This document shows positions 23,662-25,575 of a stretch of DNA of 25,575 bases, piece after piece. The notes below the pieces were generated by a model. The model worked only from the letters and a program-made list of their open reading frames with translations. It made no database searches and had not been told where the DNA came from. Position 1 is the stretch's first letter. Each line of letters starts with the position of its first letter. A program made the position numbers and the translations under genes. The stretch is from IMG/VR virus record IMGVR_UViG_3300028585_000534, positions 1 to 25,575 of that record. One strand, 5' to 3'. This DNA is from a virus (lineage: Duplodnaviria > Caudoviricetes).

Positions 23662-24057
23662 TCACAGGTTTTCTATGTCATCGAAGAAATCATCGAGGAT
23701 CCGGAAAAATTTTTCAAAGGCGAACGGCTTGCACAAGTTAATGTCGAAACCCGCATTGGTTATTTCGCTTGCGGCGTACTGGCCGCTCAGACCAGTGATG
23801 GCGATCAATAACGCGCTTTTACTGTGGCTACTCTTTCTAAGTTCGACTGCGAGGTCGAGTCCAGATACTTTTGCCATCCTTATGTTTGAACAGATAACGT
23901 GAGGATAGAAACGTGCTGCCTCAGCAAGGCCCGTAGACGCATCGAACGTTTTGCGTACCTCATATCCTTGTGTTTGTAATAGCTCAGTGAGGATTTCAGC
24001 AGAATCGGGACTGCCGTCCACAATTAGAATTCGGCGAGGCTTGCTGGAGGAAACCAT
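23662..24057 (-). CDS. Single-domain response regulator receiver, atypical (phosphoacceptor Asp replaced by Asn)
   Basis: RILIVDG, GYEV, PHVICSNIRM..SGLDL..ELRK, LIAITG, AGFD..L.KP. Start ATG 24057 (alternative 24078). Lower GC than the phage core. Confidence 0.85.
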   Translation of the reverse strand: MVSSSKPRRILIVDGSPDSAEILTELLQTQGYEVRKTFDASTGLAEAARFYPHVICSNIRMAKVSGLDLAVELRKSSHSKSALLIAITGLSGQYAASEITNAGFDINLCKPFAFEKFFRILDDFFDDIENL

Positions 24058-24087
24058 ATGACCACTAAGTGTTTGCATTGCCGCTGG

Positions 24088-24117
24088 AAAAAAATACCCG
24101 GCGGTGGGCGCCGGGTA
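24088..24117 (-). terminator. Intrinsic terminator on the minus strand
   Basis: Perfect 9-bp stem TACCCGGCG/CGCCGGGTA (24095-24103, 24109-24117), 5-nt loop, then T7 on the minus strand (A7 at 24088-24094). Confidence 0.75.
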
Positions 24118-24319
24118 ATGTGTTTGCCGGATGCGACTTGGGAGAAGCGGCAGCACCCCTTCAATGTATCGAGATTTTTTTGCCCTCGGAGCACGTTACG
24201 ATATTTGTTTCCGGCATGCTCGAGTCCGGTCTTTCCAGACCAAGGTGCCATCAATCCATATGCGTTGGGAAATCTAGTAGGACTTTTCGCTTATCAAGAT
24301 ATGTTGAATACGCAGCGTG

Positions 24320-24538
24320 TCAAGCGAAGACCGAGCACGCTGGCGCGCCAATCTGGTCAAGAATGGATGGTGATAGAGATCGACGCCTACCAGGGTTCAT
24401 GAGAAGGCGGCCGGCATCGTCAAGAGGAACGCCGAGGTCATACAGTGCACGCGCTGAATGGCTTAGGCCAAATTCCGGCACTCTCAACAACACCCGATCA
24501 ATTTGAGAAGATTTTTGAGAATCAAGTCGGCGGTCCAT
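24320..24538 (-). CDS. Uncharacterised microprotein B, 72 aa (paralogue of 24548-24757)
   Basis: Aligns without gaps to the neighbouring ORF over 53 aa with 13 identities; starts 9 nt after its stop. Confidence 0.65.
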   Translation of the reverse strand: MDRRLDSQKSSQIDRVLLRVPEFGLSHSARALYDLGVPLDDAGRLLMNPGRRRSLSPSILDQIGAPACSVFA

Positions 24539-24547
24539 ATTGCAATT

Positions 24548-24757
24548 TTAACATGGAGCTAACCGATGAGGTATTAAAGGCAGCTTAGCGCGGTCGCCAC
24601 GGCGCGGGCCGAGTTCGAGGATGACGCGTCGAACGACATCGAGGTCGACGCAATGCTCGCGCAGGTAGCACACGCCGGCGTACATTCCATAGACCGCCGC
24701 GATATTGATGGCAAGGTCGACATGCACCGTAGTAAGGCGGTCAGCTCGCGTATTCAT
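24548..24757 (-). CDS. Uncharacterised microprotein A, 69 aa
   Basis: MNTRADRLTTVHVDLAINIAAVYGM...L....V.LDVVRRVI....PRR; ATG 24757 chosen because it aligns with the paralogue's Met. Confidence 0.7.
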   Translation of the reverse strand: MNTRADRLTTVHVDLAINIAAVYGMYAGVCYLREHCVDLDVVRRVILELGPRRGDRAKLPLIPHRLAPC

Positions 24758-24814
24758 TTGAAAATCATGGCACTGCCTGCCGAGGCCAGTTTGAGCTAGA
24801 TCAAATAGCAATGC

Positions 24815-24823
24815 TGATATACT
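24815..24823 (+). promoter_or_regulatory. Candidate extended -10 promoter element for imuA
   Basis: TG-A-TATACT overlapping the left arm of the SOS box; no convincing -35. Confidence 0.5.
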
Positions 24824-24839
24824 GTATAAACGTACAGTA
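24820..24839. promoter_or_regulatory. LexA-binding SOS box
   Basis: TA-CTGT-ATAAACGT-ACAG-TA, matching the beta/gamma-proteobacterial CTGT-N8-ACAG consensus, 16 nt before the imuA ATG. Confidence 0.92.
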
Positions 24840-24855
24840 TTTCAGTGAGTCAACT

Positions 24856-25575
24856 ATGACTAGCTCAGCAGTAGCTATCAATCCCGAAGAAGTTCACCCA
24901 GCACTTTGGCGCGCCTCGCAGCTCGCGCGCAACCACACGCGGTGCGTCGACAGTGGCCACCCATCGCTCAACCTGCAACTGCCTGGTGGTGGATGGCCGA
25001 GCGGCACAATGGTCGACCTGCATGTGCAGCAGCCCGGGATCGGGGAGGTGCGGTTGCTGGCGCCGGCGCTGCGGGCCGCGGCTGATCGCAAGATCGTGAT
25101 GCTGCAGCCGCCGCACGCGCCGCAAACTCTGGCGCTGGCGGCGATGGGCATCGAGCCGACGCAGCTTCTTTGGCTGCGTGCAGACCGCACGGCGGACATG
25201 CTGTGGGCGGCCGAGCAGGTGTTGCGGAGCGGAAGCTGCGGCGCGCTGATGTTCTGGCAGACCCAGATCCGAAACGAGAGCCTGCGCCGCCTAAGCCTCG
25301 CCGCCCAGGCCGGCGAAACCTTGTTCTTCATGATGCGACCGCTGGCAGCCGCGCAGGACGCATCGCCGGCACCGCTGCGCCTGGCGCTTCGGCCGCGCGC
25401 CGGTGGGCTCGACGTCGAGTTCGTAAAGAGGCGAGGGCCTCTGCGCGCTGAACCGTTGTTCCTTCCGATGGCGGTTGCGGGCGCCGCGATCATCCAACCG
25501 CAACATGGCAACCAACCGGCCCTCAATCCCATGGCGCCGGCAGAGCATCGCGCGGCGACTTGGGTGGCGCATTAG
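24856..25575 (+). CDS. imuA: Translesion-synthesis-associated protein ImuA (RecA/SulA-like fold)
   Basis: LWRASQL, SGHP.L..QLPGGGWP.G, QPGIGE.RLLAPAL, LWAAEQ.LRSG.CGA..W, LRRL.LAA, SPAPLRL.L, KRRGP; SOS box upstream; ATG 24856. Confidence 0.92.
   Translation: MTSSAVAINPEEVHPALWRASQLARNHTRCVDSGHPSLNLQLPGGGWPSGTMVDLHVQQPGIGEVRLLAPALRAAADRKIVMLQPPHAPQTLALAAMGIEPTQLLWLRADRTADMLWAAEQVLRSGSCGALMFWQTQIRNESLRRLSLAAQAGETLFFMMRPLAAAQDASPAPLRLALRPRAGGLDVEFVKRRGPLRAEPLFLPMAVAGAAIIQPQHGNQPALNPMAPAEHRAATWVAH

Noticed and set aside
24058-24506. Plus-strand ORFs 24058-24402 and 24069-24506, and minus-strand ORF 24024-24254
   Set aside because: No motifs or clear RBS. They overlap the better supported microprotein B and/or the terminator.
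23645-24810. Prophage attachment site or tRNA remnant
   Set aside because: No tRNA-like sequence was seen, and an att core cannot be identified without the other prophage end.
1-25575. CRISPR array, rRNA, tRNA, IS element
   Set aside because: No regularly spaced repeats, structural RNA signatures or transposase motifs were found by eye.

Overview
The window is the late (morphogenesis and lysis) arm of an HK97/phiE125-like temperate siphovirus prophage. High GC, the CTGT-N8-ACAG LexA box and the gene families suggest a betaproteobacterial host, possibly Oxalobacteraceae such as Massilia (inference). Order on the + strand: small ORFs, HNH nuclease, candidate cos, TerS, TerL, portal, ClpP-type protease, major capsid, a 1022-aa multidomain protein, head-tail joining genes, major tail protein, tail chaperone with a -1 frameshift, an 1842-aa tape measure, four compact tail-tip genes, then two holin candidates, a SAR endolysin and overlapping spanins. 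A lower-GC minus-strand accessory block follows: two tandem paralogous microproteins, a terminator, and a receiver domain lacking the phosphoacceptor Asp. It is divergent from a LexA-boxed imuA. The most notable points are (i) a LamG-like/SGNH esterase/FN3/tandem-adaptor protein in the head gene cluster, (ii) DUF4214-like surface-protein repeats at the tape measure C-terminus in a phage with no recognisable hub or central fibre gene, (iii) the microprotein pair plus pseudo-receiver module, and (iv) a covarying 33-nt hairpin element before both the capsid and lysis genes. All family assignments come from motif recognition by eye; no searches were run.
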